A stretch of 64,000 nucleotides of DNA from Histomonas meleagridis 2922-C6/04-290x. Taxonomy: Eukaryota; Protista; Parabasalia. Location: positions 1 to 64,000 of the forward strand of contig JAANOX010000245.1 of NCBI GenBank assembly GCA_020184695.1, given 5' to 3'. A program made the position numbers and the translations under genes. Shown in pieces: positions 54,086 to 64,000 of this stretch. How positions within the stretch are numbered: the first letter of the stretch is position 1; every line of letters starts with the position of its first letter. The notes under the pieces are model-generated. The model had not been told where the DNA came from. It did not search any database and worked only from the letters and a program-made list of their open reading frames with translations.

Positions 54086-54790
54086 GTGATGAAAGTCCAC
54101 CTGAGGATTGAATACACAGAAAACATCAGAATCAGAGACATCCCCGGGTGTAATGCCATGCTCGTTAAGTTTCACCTAGGAAGCCCTGAACCTTTCAAGG
54201 TGACAAAAAAATGCAAAAATGATCCAGTCAATTTTCCAAAAGATATTCTTTCACTTTCACTTAAAGGTATTGACTATGAGAAAGAAATTATTGTTATAGA
54301 ATTAGTAGCCATATTTGATGAGAAAAAAGAAGAAGAAATTGCTTTTATGATTTTTCCACTGAAGATATGCGAATATGATAAAGAGGTGTCCGGGAAATTT
54401 AAGTTGTCTCCAATAGGAGATGTTGACTTTAGAGGATTTCCTAAAATGAAAATTTCTATTCACATTGGAAAGAAAGCATTTTCAAAGTGCACCCCAATGC
54501 CAGTTCCATTACAAACATTAAGTGCCTTTGGGGCAGAGTTAAATGTACATAAATTACAATTACCTTATTTAAATAAGCTAAATAGCACTTCATCTTCAGA
54601 GCATTCTACTAGGAACAGAAGAGTCACAATAAGCAGCGTAGAAAGAAATCCAGCTCTGATTCAAACAAAGATTGAGGAGGCAATGGTAAAAGCTCCGAGA
54701 GAATTGCTGAAATGCTTCGAAGACCCGGAATTTATTCACAGATGTCTTTACTACTATGGTGTTAAAGGGGACACGCATGTGCGTGCTTAA
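54086..54790 (+). CDS. C2-like domain protein, paralog of 58292-59080
   Basis: Beta-rich N-terminus (IAFMIFPLKIC...VSGKFKL) and C-terminal EDPEFIHRCL shared with the paralog. Confidence 0.65.
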   Translation: MMKVHLRIEYTENIRIRDIPGCNAMLVKFHLGSPEPFKVTKKCKNDPVNFPKDILSLSLKGIDYEKEIIVIELVAIFDEKKEEEIAFMIFPLKICEYDKEVSGKFKLSPIGDVDFRGFPKMKISIHIGKKAFSKCTPMPVPLQTLSAFGAELNVHKLQLPYLNKLNSTSSSEHSTRNRRVTISSVERNPALIQTKIEEAMVKAPRELLKCFEDPEFIHRCLYYYGVKGDTHVRA

Positions 54791-54933
54791 TAATCAAATA
54801 TATTTGAAATTTTAAAAATGATAATTTGCTGTTTTTTGTTATTTTACTTTTTAGCAAATTCTTTTAAACTCATCTGAATATTTGATAGATACTTATAAAA
54901 AAAATTAAATATAAAATAAAAAATTAAAAAAAT

Positions 54934-55005
54934 TGGGTGAACCGTGAATCGAACACGGATCTATTGAGCCACAATCAACAATACTAACCACTATACCATT
55001 CACCC
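54934..55005 (-). tRNA. tRNA-His (GUG)
   Basis: GGGTGAA/TTCACCC acceptor stem, AGTGGTTA D loop, GTTGA-TTGTGGC-TCAAT anticodon arm, GTTCGATTC T loop, discriminator A. Confidence 0.93.
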
Positions 55006-55259
55006 CTTCGATTATTAGAAAAATAAATACTATTATAGCATATATTAAACATATCGAAAGCTTAATTTTAATATACTTCAGTAATTTTGTAATATGTTTT
55101 ATTTAAATAAATGTCTTACTTAAAATATGCTTTCTTTGAAAAGAGTTTAAAAATTTACAAAGAATGTTGTTTGTTTATTTTCACTGTAGAACTTGAGATC
55201 AAGATCTTAAAAAAAAAGATATTAACGTATTTTTAAAAATACGTAACAAAAAAACTTGA

Positions 55260-56693
55260 ATGGTTGATCCTCTCTATAGATCTTTAAATTTTTTGCGTCT
55301 AAGGAATTACACTAAATGCGCTGAAGCATGTAAATCTATTTCATCAAAAAAGCAAAAAGAAAAATGGTATATTATTTGCAAAGCTAGAATAGAAGAAAGC
55401 TGGACAGATTTTACCGAACCAGACGAACTACCTGCGTCTGACTATATTTTCGATGAAAATCTTATTTCAGAATTACCACGTCCAGGAACATCACTTCAAT
55501 CAACACGATCAACACGAGGAAATCTACCCATATCTTCAAATGGCAAACCCATTACAGGATATTCTCATTCACGTAATATTAACACATCACTAGGCTTAAC
55601 ACCTACCACATCCTCTACTTCACATTTTTCGCGATTAGCTACTGCCTCACTTTCATTTAATGGCGATGAACCAGATGTTACCTCCATCAATGTTATACAA
55701 ATTTCCAAGCATCCTTTTCTTTCCCGAATTCTCATGGATTATTTATTATATCGTTTACGCGATCCAATTCGTTCCATTAGCATTGCTTCTGAATGTACCA
55801 AAGCCAATTTATATGAAGACTGGTGGTGGAAGCAACGTCTTGGCCGATGTTATTATTTAGTAAATTTATATACTGAATCCGAATCCCAATTTTTATCATC
55901 ACTCCGCATCACTCCGAACATTAATACTCGTCTTGAGCTTTGCAAACTTTATTATCGCCTTAACCAACCTCTTAAATCACTGAACGAAATTGATGAAGGG
56001 ATCGAACAATTTCCTCAAGAAATCAAATTCTTGTTATGGAAAGCGCGCCTACTGAATGATTTAAACAACACCAGTGATTCACGAGACATATGGAAAAAAG
56101 TTTTATCGATTGATCCTACAAATGTCGAAGCGATTTCATCACTCGGATACTTAACGTTCTACGAAGATCAGCCCGAAACATCTTTTGTCTTTTATAATTA
56201 TCTACGAAAAATCGGAATAAGTAATTACATTTTATTTAACAACATTGCGATGTCTGCACTTTCATCGGGAAACTATGACATCGTTGGCCCGGCGATCGTT
56301 AACGCGTTGGTACTTACGGAAAGCCAAGAACAAAAGGCTGATGTATGGTATAATATTTCGCACGTGGCAATGAATAGTGGCGACTTGAATTTGATGCAAC
56401 AGGCACTAGAAATTGCTACTGCATTATCACCAAATACTTCGGCTGAGGCTTTTAATAACTTGGGGCTACTGGAAATTAAAAGAAGAAATGTACAAAGAAG
56501 TTTGGCTGCGTTTAGGGCTGCAATTGAAGCAAACCCAAATATGCATGAAGCATGGTTTAATATTGCTTTGGTTTATCAAAGAATAGGGCAAATGCAAGAG
56601 GCATATTACGCAGCTAAAATGGCAGTGAAATTATGTCCACAATTACTTGATGCTGTAGAATTGGAAAATTCAATTAAGGATAAATTGAGATAA
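55260..56693 (+). CDS. TTC8: BBSome subunit BBS8/TTC8 (TPR protein)
   Basis: N-terminal DPLYRSL...C, LPRPGTSL, GKPITGY, RLATAS, DWWWKQRLGRCYY, ADVWYNISHVA, AEAFNNLGLLE. Confidence 0.9.
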   Translation: MVDPLYRSLNFLRLRNYTKCAEACKSISSKKQKEKWYIICKARIEESWTDFTEPDELPASDYIFDENLISELPRPGTSLQSTRSTRGNLPISSNGKPITGYSHSRNINTSLGLTPTTSSTSHFSRLATASLSFNGDEPDVTSINVIQISKHPFLSRILMDYLLYRLRDPIRSISIASECTKANLYEDWWWKQRLGRCYYLVNLYTESESQFLSSLRITPNINTRLELCKLYYRLNQPLKSLNEIDEGIEQFPQEIKFLLWKARLLNDLNNTSDSRDIWKKVLSIDPTNVEAISSLGYLTFYEDQPETSFVFYNYLRKIGISNYILFNNIAMSALSSGNYDIVGPAIVNALVLTESQEQKADVWYNISHVAMNSGDLNLMQQALEIATALSPNTSAEAFNNLGLLEIKRRNVQRSLAAFRAAIEANPNMHEAWFNIALVYQRIGQMQEAYYAAKMAVKLCPQLLDAVELENSIKDKLR

Positions 56694-57109
56694 GCTTGTT
56701 TGTTGTTATGTAAAAATAAAGCGATGTTTTCGTGTTGTTTGGAAATTGAACTAATTAAAAGTTTTAAAGATTATTAAATTTGTGAAAAAAATTGTTTTGT
56801 AAGCGAGATTTATTTGTAGCTAGGATTGAAAGGTTTTGTACGCTGCTATGCATTAAGCTACAACATGTGTATGCGAGTTCCTCCAAGAGGTTAAAGATGC
56901 TTCAGTAAATCTCTAACCGTTTACGATTGTCAGTTTGACTGAATTCTGCTTTTAAATCATACAATTAACTCACAAAAACTTAAAACAAATAACAAATAAA
57001 TATTTTCTAGCATATACATAATATTTTAGGATAACTCCAAATGAACATTATAGGAAAATATTTATTTTATATATGTTATTATTTATTTCAGAAAATAACT
57101 CTTTAATAC

Positions 57110-57760
57110 ATGGATTACACATACAATGTCCTGCTTTTCGGCCATTCGCCGATTAAACTAGCATTCAATTATAACATACACAAAAACATCAGTTCATTTT
57201 CGATGGCCAAAACGATTAAAATACACCTACATGATTTGGATTCAACCTGCTATGATGTAATAGTCAACCGATTTGATCCAATAATTTTTTTACAAGATTA
57301 TTTAAATGAAATGAATAATCTTCATCTTATTTTTAATGGAACAATCTTAATGACGGCATTTAGCTTTGCTTACTATAACATTATTGATGGAAGCCATTTG
57401 TATGCTGTACTTGCAAAAAAACCACAAAAATGTCCGTCAGCAAAATCATACTTTGACCATAACCTTAAAAAGCTTTCTAGATATAAGCGCAATCTAACCA
57501 ATAGCCCAGCAACAAATTTCCATGAAAATAAGTTCGAAATGTTCATTGAAAAATTTTCAAACAGATCTGTTATACTTGAAGCTTCTCGTCTATCAGACCT
57601 GAGTTACATGAGAGAGAAGTTGTACGAGAAAGTCGAAAATCCATTTGACTCAACAGAAAACTCAGTTGATATAAAAATTAATGAGTTTAATCAAACACAA
57701 ACTCAAAACACAGAAAATGTCAATGCTCCATCATCAGATGTGCTTCCAGTATTTTGGTGA
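57110..57760 (+). CDS. Ubiquitin-like domain protein
   Basis: LIFNGTILMTAFSFAYYNIIDGSHLYAV matches the Ubl C-terminal pattern LIFxGxxL...Y.I.dGs.l..V. Confidence 0.6.
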   Translation: MDYTYNVLLFGHSPIKLAFNYNIHKNISSFSMAKTIKIHLHDLDSTCYDVIVNRFDPIIFLQDYLNEMNNLHLIFNGTILMTAFSFAYYNIIDGSHLYAVLAKKPQKCPSAKSYFDHNLKKLSRYKRNLTNSPATNFHENKFEMFIEKFSNRSVILEASRLSDLSYMREKLYEKVENPFDSTENSVDIKINEFNQTQTQNTENVNAPSSDVLPVFW

Positions 57761-58291
57761 TACACTTTTCAAATAATGTTATTTTGTAAATATTTTTATC
57801 ATTTTTATTTACACTCTATTTTTGTGCAGCTTTTCGCCTTGCGAAGAAACAAATTACTTATTATTTATGAATCAGAAATGATTTTCCAATGCTTTTAGTT
57901 TTTTGCGCTAGACCAAAAAAGCCGCAAAGAAAATTCTGAATCTATCGTAAAATTTTATGACAGCGATTTGTGGTTGTGTTCAATTTTATAAAATTCAAAT
58001 AGTCACTAACTTATAAGGGGGGCCGAAATCCACTTCACTTTAGTATGGAAAATTTCCTTAGTTTATTTAAGTAAATTAGTGAATATTTGAATAATTGCAA
58101 TAATAAGAAATATTCCTTGTCTAATAATAAACATTATTTATTATTTATTAAAAAAATTAAATAAAATTATATTAAATATTAATCTCTAGTTGAGCAATGA
58201 TGTAAAAGATAAGTATTTAAATTTTTATTAGAACTGTTTAGCCGAAGCCCAAGCAAGAAAAATATTTAATCCACTTTTTGAGATTTGAATT

Positions 58292-59080
58292 ATGTTTAAA
58301 TGGTTTACAACCAAGCCGATAAAAATAATCATCAGAAAAACATCAATAACAAAATTTGCAATGCAGCAGGCAAACTTGAAAATATCATCAATTGAAAATA
58401 TCTCCATTAAGCAAATTCCAAAGTGCAAGTGGTTGCAACTAAAAATTCAATTAAATGAATCAAAATACCAATACGCATCAAAAAAATTTAAAAAAGATCC
58501 TTTATCCTTCTCTAAAGAAATCATATCAATACCATTCCAGAAAGATTTATATGAAGTTGAGACAATGCTTTTTACAATTAATGTCAAAATCAAAAGACAA
58601 AAGGATGAAATACCAATATGTTCTCTAATGCTTCCGCTAAAAATTTGCCGACCAAATAGGAGAGTTGCAGGGAGATTTACTTTCACCGCATCCACAGGAT
58701 TTGAATTTTCAGACGTTCCGAAAATTGGTTTTCAAATGCATATTGGAAAGAAACCATTTGAAAATTACAGAGACATGAAGGTTTCGGTTGATTTGATTAC
58801 CGAATTTATTAATCAGCAAACTCCAAGACCTCCTCGATCTCCAATTAGAAGGAGGAATACAACAAGAGCTCCCGTAAATAGCACTAGAAGAAATTGCGAC
58901 CCAATTCCACGGCCTAGTTCTCCTAATAACGAGCAAGAAAGACATTTCAAATCAATATCAGAATCTTTTGCTAGTGCTTCAGCAGGGCAATTTTTATGGG
59001 AAAAGATTGAAAGCGATCCAGAATTTATCCACAGATGTCTCAAACGATTCGGTATACAAAATGATACACATAAGAAATAA
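58292..59080 (+). CDS. C2-like domain protein, paralog of 54086-54790
   Basis: ICSLMLPLKIC...VAGRFTF and C-terminal SDPEFIHRCL. Confidence 0.65.
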   Translation: MFKWFTTKPIKIIIRKTSITKFAMQQANLKISSIENISIKQIPKCKWLQLKIQLNESKYQYASKKFKKDPLSFSKEIISIPFQKDLYEVETMLFTINVKIKRQKDEIPICSLMLPLKICRPNRRVAGRFTFTASTGFEFSDVPKIGFQMHIGKKPFENYRDMKVSVDLITEFINQQTPRPPRSPIRRRNTTRAPVNSTRRNCDPIPRPSSPNNEQERHFKSISESFASASAGQFLWEKIESDPEFIHRCLKRFGIQNDTHKK

Positions 59081-59241
59081 ACATTATATTTATTTTATGA
59101 ATTTACTTATTTGCATCGGCCCAAATTGCTAAATGTTAATAATTGTTTCTTTTAAAGAGACAAAATATCAATGGAAAACATCGAAACAAAATGAATGTCA
59201 CTTTTCTTCGGATATAGTTTTTTAGATCACATTTCTGAACG

Positions 59242-59664
59242 ATGGACAATGAAGTTTTCAGTGTTCATCCTATTGGATTCATCGAAACAGAGTTTAATGA
59301 AATAGAAAACACCCCAAGGAATGGGAGAGAAATTCAAGCACCTGCAGTGATATCAATTCTTCCTGAATATAAAGATTGTCTTGTTGGGCTTGATGCTTAT
59401 CAATATATTTATGTTTTATCTTGGATGCATAAATCACCTCGTGATGTACAACTTGTAACTCCATTTCGTTTCAAAGATAAACCACCTCGAGGAGTTTTTG
59501 CAACCAGATCTCCTGCAAGACCAAATCCAATTGGGTTGACTTTATTTGAAATCACAAAAATAGTTGATTTAAAAATATATGTAAAAGGTGCAGACCTTCT
59601 GAATGGAACGCCAATTATCGATATTAAGATATTTGATTCATGCTTAGATTGTTTAGTAAAATAA
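59242..59664 (+). CDS. trmO: TrmO/TsaA (YaeB, UPF0066) tRNA m6t6A methyltransferase-like protein
   Basis: HPIGFI, RGVFATRSPARPNPIGLT, GADLLNGTPIIDIK. Confidence 0.9.
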   Translation: MDNEVFSVHPIGFIETEFNEIENTPRNGREIQAPAVISILPEYKDCLVGLDAYQYIYVLSWMHKSPRDVQLVTPFRFKDKPPRGVFATRSPARPNPIGLTLFEITKIVDLKIYVKGADLLNGTPIIDIKIFDSCLDCLVK

Positions 59665-60030
59665 TTTGTTAACTATTATTTTCTTGAAATTTAAACTCAG
59701 TTTGAAGAAAATAAAAAGTTTTAGTTTTGAATACAATTGTAAATTAAAATTTTTTATTTTAATGTGGATAATTTTCTACTGGACTTGCAAAATGTAATAT
59801 ATTTTAAATATAAAATCTTCCTTATTGTTGTTAACAATTTGCGAAATATTTATCATGCATTTTTCTTATAAAATTTTTAATAATTCGGATTTTATCATTT
59901 GATTATATGAATCTCATTTTAGGAATAAAATATTGTGTTTAAGGATTAATTAGTTCCATTTCAAGATCATGATGAAAGACTTTTGTGTATTTAACCCCCC
60001 CCTAATTTTGTTATAAAAGTGACAAATTAT

Positions 60031-60050
60031 GACGGTTTTGGTCGACCTTT
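60031..60050 (+). promoter_or_regulatory. Trichomonad M3 (GACGGTTT) and M5 (CCTTT) core-promoter motifs of RPS13
   Basis: GACGGTTT at 60031-60038 and CCTTT at 60046-60050, 6 nt before the ATG; this arrangement is described for T. vaginalis ribosomal protein genes. Confidence 0.65.
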
Positions 60051-60056
60051 CTTAAA

Positions 60057-60512
60057 ATGGGTCGTCTCCATTCCCCAGGAAAAGGTATTTCCGGATCTAC
60101 AATTCCATATCGCAGAACAGCTCCACATTGGCTTCAACTTTCAGGCGAAAATGTTGTCCAACTTATTTGCGACTATGCTAAGAAAGGAATCAGACCATCA
60201 CAAATTGGTGAAAAACTTCGTGATAGCCATGGTGTTGGTCAAGTTCGTGCAGTTACAGGCAATAAAGTCCTCCGTATCCTTAAAGCTAATGGATTGGCTC
60301 CAGCTCTTCCTGAAGAATTATACTATTTAATCAAGAAGGCAGTCAATGTTCGTAAGCACCTTGAAAGGTCTAGCCACGATATTGATGGTAAGTATCGTCT
60401 TATCCTTATCGAATCTCGTATCCATCGTCTTGCTCGTTATTACAAGGCAAGGCGTATAATCGCACCAAACTGGAAGTACAACGCTCAAACGGCATCAGCT
60501 CTTACAGCATAA
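60057..60512 (+). CDS. RPS13: 40S ribosomal protein S13 (uS15)
   Basis: [18 protein letters not shown]...[10 protein letters not shown]...[17 protein letters not shown]. Confidence 0.98.
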   Translation: MGRLHSPGKGISGSTIPYRRTAPHWLQLSGENVVQLICDYAKKGIRPSQIGEKLRDSHGVGQVRAVTGNKVLRILKANGLAPALPEELYYLIKKAVNVRKHLERSSHDIDGKYRLILIESRIHRLARYYKARRIIAPNWKYNAQTASALTA

Positions 60513-60831
60513 ACACAAAGTTTTCAAGAAATCATTTTTTTTAGTGAAAGAATTCTTCTTCAAAAATAAATTATTTTGTTAGCTTCTTTCTAAAAATAGA
60601 ACTTAAGTTTTGTTGACACCATTTTTAAATCAACAATTCGAAGCCGAAGAAAAACAAAACATATTTTACGATCATTTTATATTCAATTGTTTGTGATTCA
60701 ATATAACGGTTAGTCCAGATAACGTTTTTTTCACTGGTTTTCTGGTTCAATGTGACCGTTATTTAGGAGGAAAATTCAATTCATTTTGACGAAATGACAA
60801 ATTTTATCACTTTTTCTTTCGACGATAGGCA

Positions 60832-61569
60832 ATGTCTGAAAAAGGGGCATGCCCTTGGGAATCACAACTTGTTGAAGTCAAATCTAGACATGGTTGGTCA
60901 ACAAAGGTGTATGCTCCATTGCTATGTCACCGCTGGAAGCTGTTTGCGAGAAAACCTAAAGTAGCGCTTAGGGCGTTATATCAACTTCCTCCAAACACAA
61001 TTCGAGCCATCCTTGAACATCTTTATGCAAACACACCTGTTTCTCGAATGAATTTACCAGCATTCAAAGCATGCAAAATCATCAATAAAATTCCTTTTGA
61101 GTCAACATATCATCAGGATATTCTTGATTTATTACACAACAAAGCAACCACAGATTTTCGTATAATTCCGTCTGACTCAAAAGAGCCATTATGTGTTCAT
61201 CGATTTATTCTCTATGCACGTAGTAATTTTTTCAGAAAGCTATTCACAACCCAAAAAGATGTTGATTCCTTCCAAGAGGAAAAAATGGGAAAAGATGCAC
61301 TTGACATTTTTTCTGAATACTTATACACAGGACAACTCGAATTTAAAAATCCAGTTGCAGCCATAGAACTCATTGGAAGCGGGAAATATTACGAATTTCG
61401 AGATCCAAATGAGATCGATTTTCTTGTCATGAATTCATTACAATCTTCTCTTAACGAAGAAAATGCACCACATGTAAAAGCTAAAGCGATTCAACTCGGG
61501 CTAGAAAATGTTACGGCTCTTGTTGAAAATACAAAATTTTCTTCTTCGCGAGTAAAAAGTATTAATTGA
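60832..61569 (+). CDS. BTB/POZ domain protein
   Basis: TDFRII...VHRFILYARSNFFRKLF...FSEYLYTGQL. Confidence 0.75.
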   Translation: MSEKGACPWESQLVEVKSRHGWSTKVYAPLLCHRWKLFARKPKVALRALYQLPPNTIRAILEHLYANTPVSRMNLPAFKACKIINKIPFESTYHQDILDLLHNKATTDFRIIPSDSKEPLCVHRFILYARSNFFRKLFTTQKDVDSFQEEKMGKDALDIFSEYLYTGQLEFKNPVAAIELIGSGKYYEFRDPNEIDFLVMNSLQSSLNEENAPHVKAKAIQLGLENVTALVENTKFSSSRVKSIN

Positions 61570-61922
61570 ATTTCAAAAATATTTTTTTTTTGAATTTAGT
61601 TTTATAATTTTTCTGTTTTGCTAAGATTTACAGTCCAAACTTTTTTAATCTTCCTGTTCTAAATGAATTTTATAAATTTTTGAATCTGAAATGTAATTCC
61701 ACAAAATGAATAAATTTGAATGATTTTTCAAATCTTGTTAATCATTTTTGGTATAATTTTTTTAATAATTTGAAATTACTATTCGTTTTAATATAAAAAG
61801 ATGAATTCCTAAATTTAGGACAACAAAATTTTATCACAGCATTTTAAAAGAATTATCTTTATTACATAAATAAAAACCATTCCAAATATTAAGGAATTAA
61901 GAAAAAAAAATGAGCTTGTTGT

Positions 61923-62576
61923 TTATATATCTAGTTGTGAGTGTGCTTTTTCTTTTAAATGCATTTTATAAAGATATGTTAATATCATTATTATTGTGAT
62001 TCCAATCAGTCCACTCAAAAAGAATATAACCCAAAACAACACATCCCACTTTGAATATTCATTAGTCTTTTGATTGGGTTCTTTGATTTCATTCTTATGT
62101 TTCCCTTTGCTTGTATGATTTATATTAACTCGTTTAGTTCTAAAACTATTTTTCTCTTCTCTTCGTTTGAAAACACTTGCACAGTTTTGATCTTTTCCTG
62201 GATTAATTTTATTTAAATTTCTTTTGTTGTTTCTAATCAATTTTTTATGAACATATTCTTTGTTTGTTGAAATATTTATTTGCTCTCCATTTTTTGTTGT
62301 GTTTTTTATATTAATTTGTTCATTTTCCATACTTGAAGTATCAATTTTTGAGGAGGCTTTATCTACTCTTTTGTCTTTTGATTTAAAAACATCCTCTTTT
62401 GTATTTTCTTTGTTTCTTTCTTCATCAAAAGTTTGAATAAGTTTATTCTGGCCTTCTTCTCTTGTCATTTCATTTGTTCTATAATCATCAGGTATATCAC
62501 CCGCTATCGGATATTGGAATAATGGGTGGTATAATGGTTGGCTTTTAGTAAAGCAAATTAATAAAGCACTAATCAT
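61923..62576 (-). CDS. Hypothetical type-I membrane protein
   Basis: Short hydrophobic N-terminus, charged ectodomain, TM VLFWVIFFLSGLIGITIIMILTYLY. Confidence 0.7.
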   Translation of the reverse strand: MISALLICFTKSQPLYHPLFQYPIAGDIPDDYRTNEMTREEGQNKLIQTFDEERNKENTKEDVFKSKDKRVDKASSKIDTSSMENEQINIKNTTKNGEQINISTNKEYVHKKLIRNNKRNLNKINPGKDQNCASVFKRREEKNSFRTKRVNINHTSKGKHKNEIKEPNQKTNEYSKWDVLFWVIFFLSGLIGITIIMILTYLYKMHLKEKAHSQLDI

Positions 62577-62779
62577 AATAACAACTCTATTAAATTTTTT
62601 TGAAATTATTTTTAAACTTTAAATAAATACATTGCAAGAAATAAAAATACAAAATTTTAATAAAATAATAAACAATAAACATTACATGTTGCCAACAAAT
62701 AAAATTTTTCATTCAAACAGAGTTAATTCAATTCTTTTTTATCGTCACTTTCATTTTCAGCGGTTAATGCGACCACAAA

Positions 62780-64000
62780 ATGCTTCATTCTCTAGCTAAG
62801 CATTCATTCAGTCGATTTTTTGCTAGCACTGCGAAAGAAATGCCAATTATTGGCATTGATCTCGGAACGACTAACTCATGTGTTGCAATTGTTGAAGGTG
62901 GTTCACCAAAAGTTCTTCAAAATGCAGAAGGTGCACGTACTACACCTTCAATTGTTGCTTTCACTAAAGATGGACAACGTCTTATTGGTGAGCATGCCAA
63001 ACGTCAAATGGTAACTAATACTAAATCAACATTTTTTGCAACTAAAAGACTTATTGGTCGACGCATAGATGATGAAATGGTTGAACGTTCTCGTAAAATG
63101 GTTCCATACGAAATTGTTAAAGCACAAAATGGGGAAGCTTGGGTTCGTGATGAAAAATCAAATATTTATTCACCAGCACAAATCGGTGCCTTTGTTTTAG
63201 AAAAGATGAAAGAAACAGCTGAAGCTTATATTGGTAGCACAGTTAAAAAAGCAGTCATCACAGTTCCTGCATATTTCAATGATTCTCAAAGACAAGCAAC
63301 CAAAGATGCAGGTAAGATAGCGGGTCTCGATGTTCAACGTATTGTCAACGAGCCAACAGCTGCAGCTCTTGCTTATGGAGTTGAGCGAAAACAAGGCCAA
63401 ACGGTCGCCGTCTTTGATCTTGGTGGCGGAACATTTGATATTTCCATTCTTGAGATCAGCAAAGATGGAGTATTCGAAGTCAAAGCCACAAATGGTGACA
63501 CATTTCTTGGTGGTGAAGATTTTGATTCAGTATTAATTAATTACATAATTGCCGAATTTAAGAAGTCAGAAAACATTGACTTAACAAATGACTCTATGGC
63601 AATGCAACGTGTTAAGGAAGCCGCTGAGAAGGCCAAATGTGAATTATCGACAATGCTCAAAACCGAAATTAATCTTCCATATATCACAGTCACAGCCGCT
63701 GGCCCCAAGCACTTACAAATGTCCATAACACGACAAAAGTTTGAAGAATTATCGGCTGATTTAATCAAGCGTACAATTGCACCATGCACGGCATGTCTTA
63801 AAGACGCAGGTCTTACTACAAAGAACATTGACGAAGTCATAATGGTTGGAGGAATGACACGAATGCCCAAAGTCATCAGCAGTGTCCAAGAATTCTTTGG
63901 TAAAGATCCATTCCGCGGAGTCAATCCGGACGAAGTTGTTGCCATTGGCGCCGCAATTCAAGGCTCAATCATCCGCGGCGACATGAAAGACATTGTATTA
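62780..64000 (+). CDS. Hydrogenosomal (mitochondrial-type) Hsp70, runs off the window end (missing from the ORF track)
   Basis: [15 protein letters not shown] presequence, [85 protein letters not shown]. Confidence 0.96.
   Translation, partial: MLHSLAKHSFSRFFASTAKEMPIIGIDLGTTNSCVAIVEGGSPKVLQNAEGARTTPSIVAFTKDGQRLIGEHAKRQMVTNTKSTFFATKRLIGRRIDDEMVERSRKMVPYEIVKAQNGEAWVRDEKSNIYSPAQIGAFVLEKMKETAEAYIGSTVKKAVITVPAYFNDSQRQATKDAGKIAGLDVQRIVNEPTAAALAYGVERKQGQTVAVFDLGGGTFDISILEISKDGVFEVKATNGDTFLGGEDFDSVLINYIIAEFKKSENIDLTNDSMAMQRVKEAAEKAKCELSTMLKTEINLPYITVTAAGPKHLQMSITRQKFEELSADLIKRTIAPCTACLKDAGLTTKNIDEVIMVGGMTRMPKVISSVQEFFGKDPFRGVNPDEVVAIGAAIQGSIIRGDMKDIVL

Noticed and set aside
30230-64000. HscB and mtHsp70 as a functional ISC gene cluster
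   Set aside because: They are 32 kb apart with many unrelated genes between them; no sign of real clustering.

Overview
AT-rich eukaryotic DNA, very probably a parabasalid (Tritrichomonas/Trichomonas-like). The evidence is hydrogenosomal-type presequences on HscB and mtHsp70, an IBD-family gene, DUF3447-ankyrin and BspA genes, and M3/M5 promoter motifs. The first ~20 kb is mostly decayed mobile DNA: Maverick/Polinton remnants (packaging ATPase, integrase), two mariners, a deleted Tc1-like element, dispersed repeats and pseudogenes. From 20.6 kb it is mostly a dense run of housekeeping genes (NEK kinase, HscB, CLU, p47-like, TTLL, CCDC40, BBS8, TrmO, RPS13, tRNA-His, mtHsp70). The most unusual part is 33-40 kb, one DUF3447-ankyrin gene in which each ankyrin repeat is followed by a frame-breaking AT-rich spacer without consistent GT-AG ends; seven consecutive spacers are exactly 80 nt. 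Two spacers carry insertions. One is a 2.8-kb endogenous CRESS-DNA virus block (intact Rep, truncated Cap, two further ORFs). The other is a 1.16-kb element encoding only an intact tyrosine recombinase, with a split inverted-repeat layout and a lox-like palindrome. Everything was read by eye and no database searches were run.
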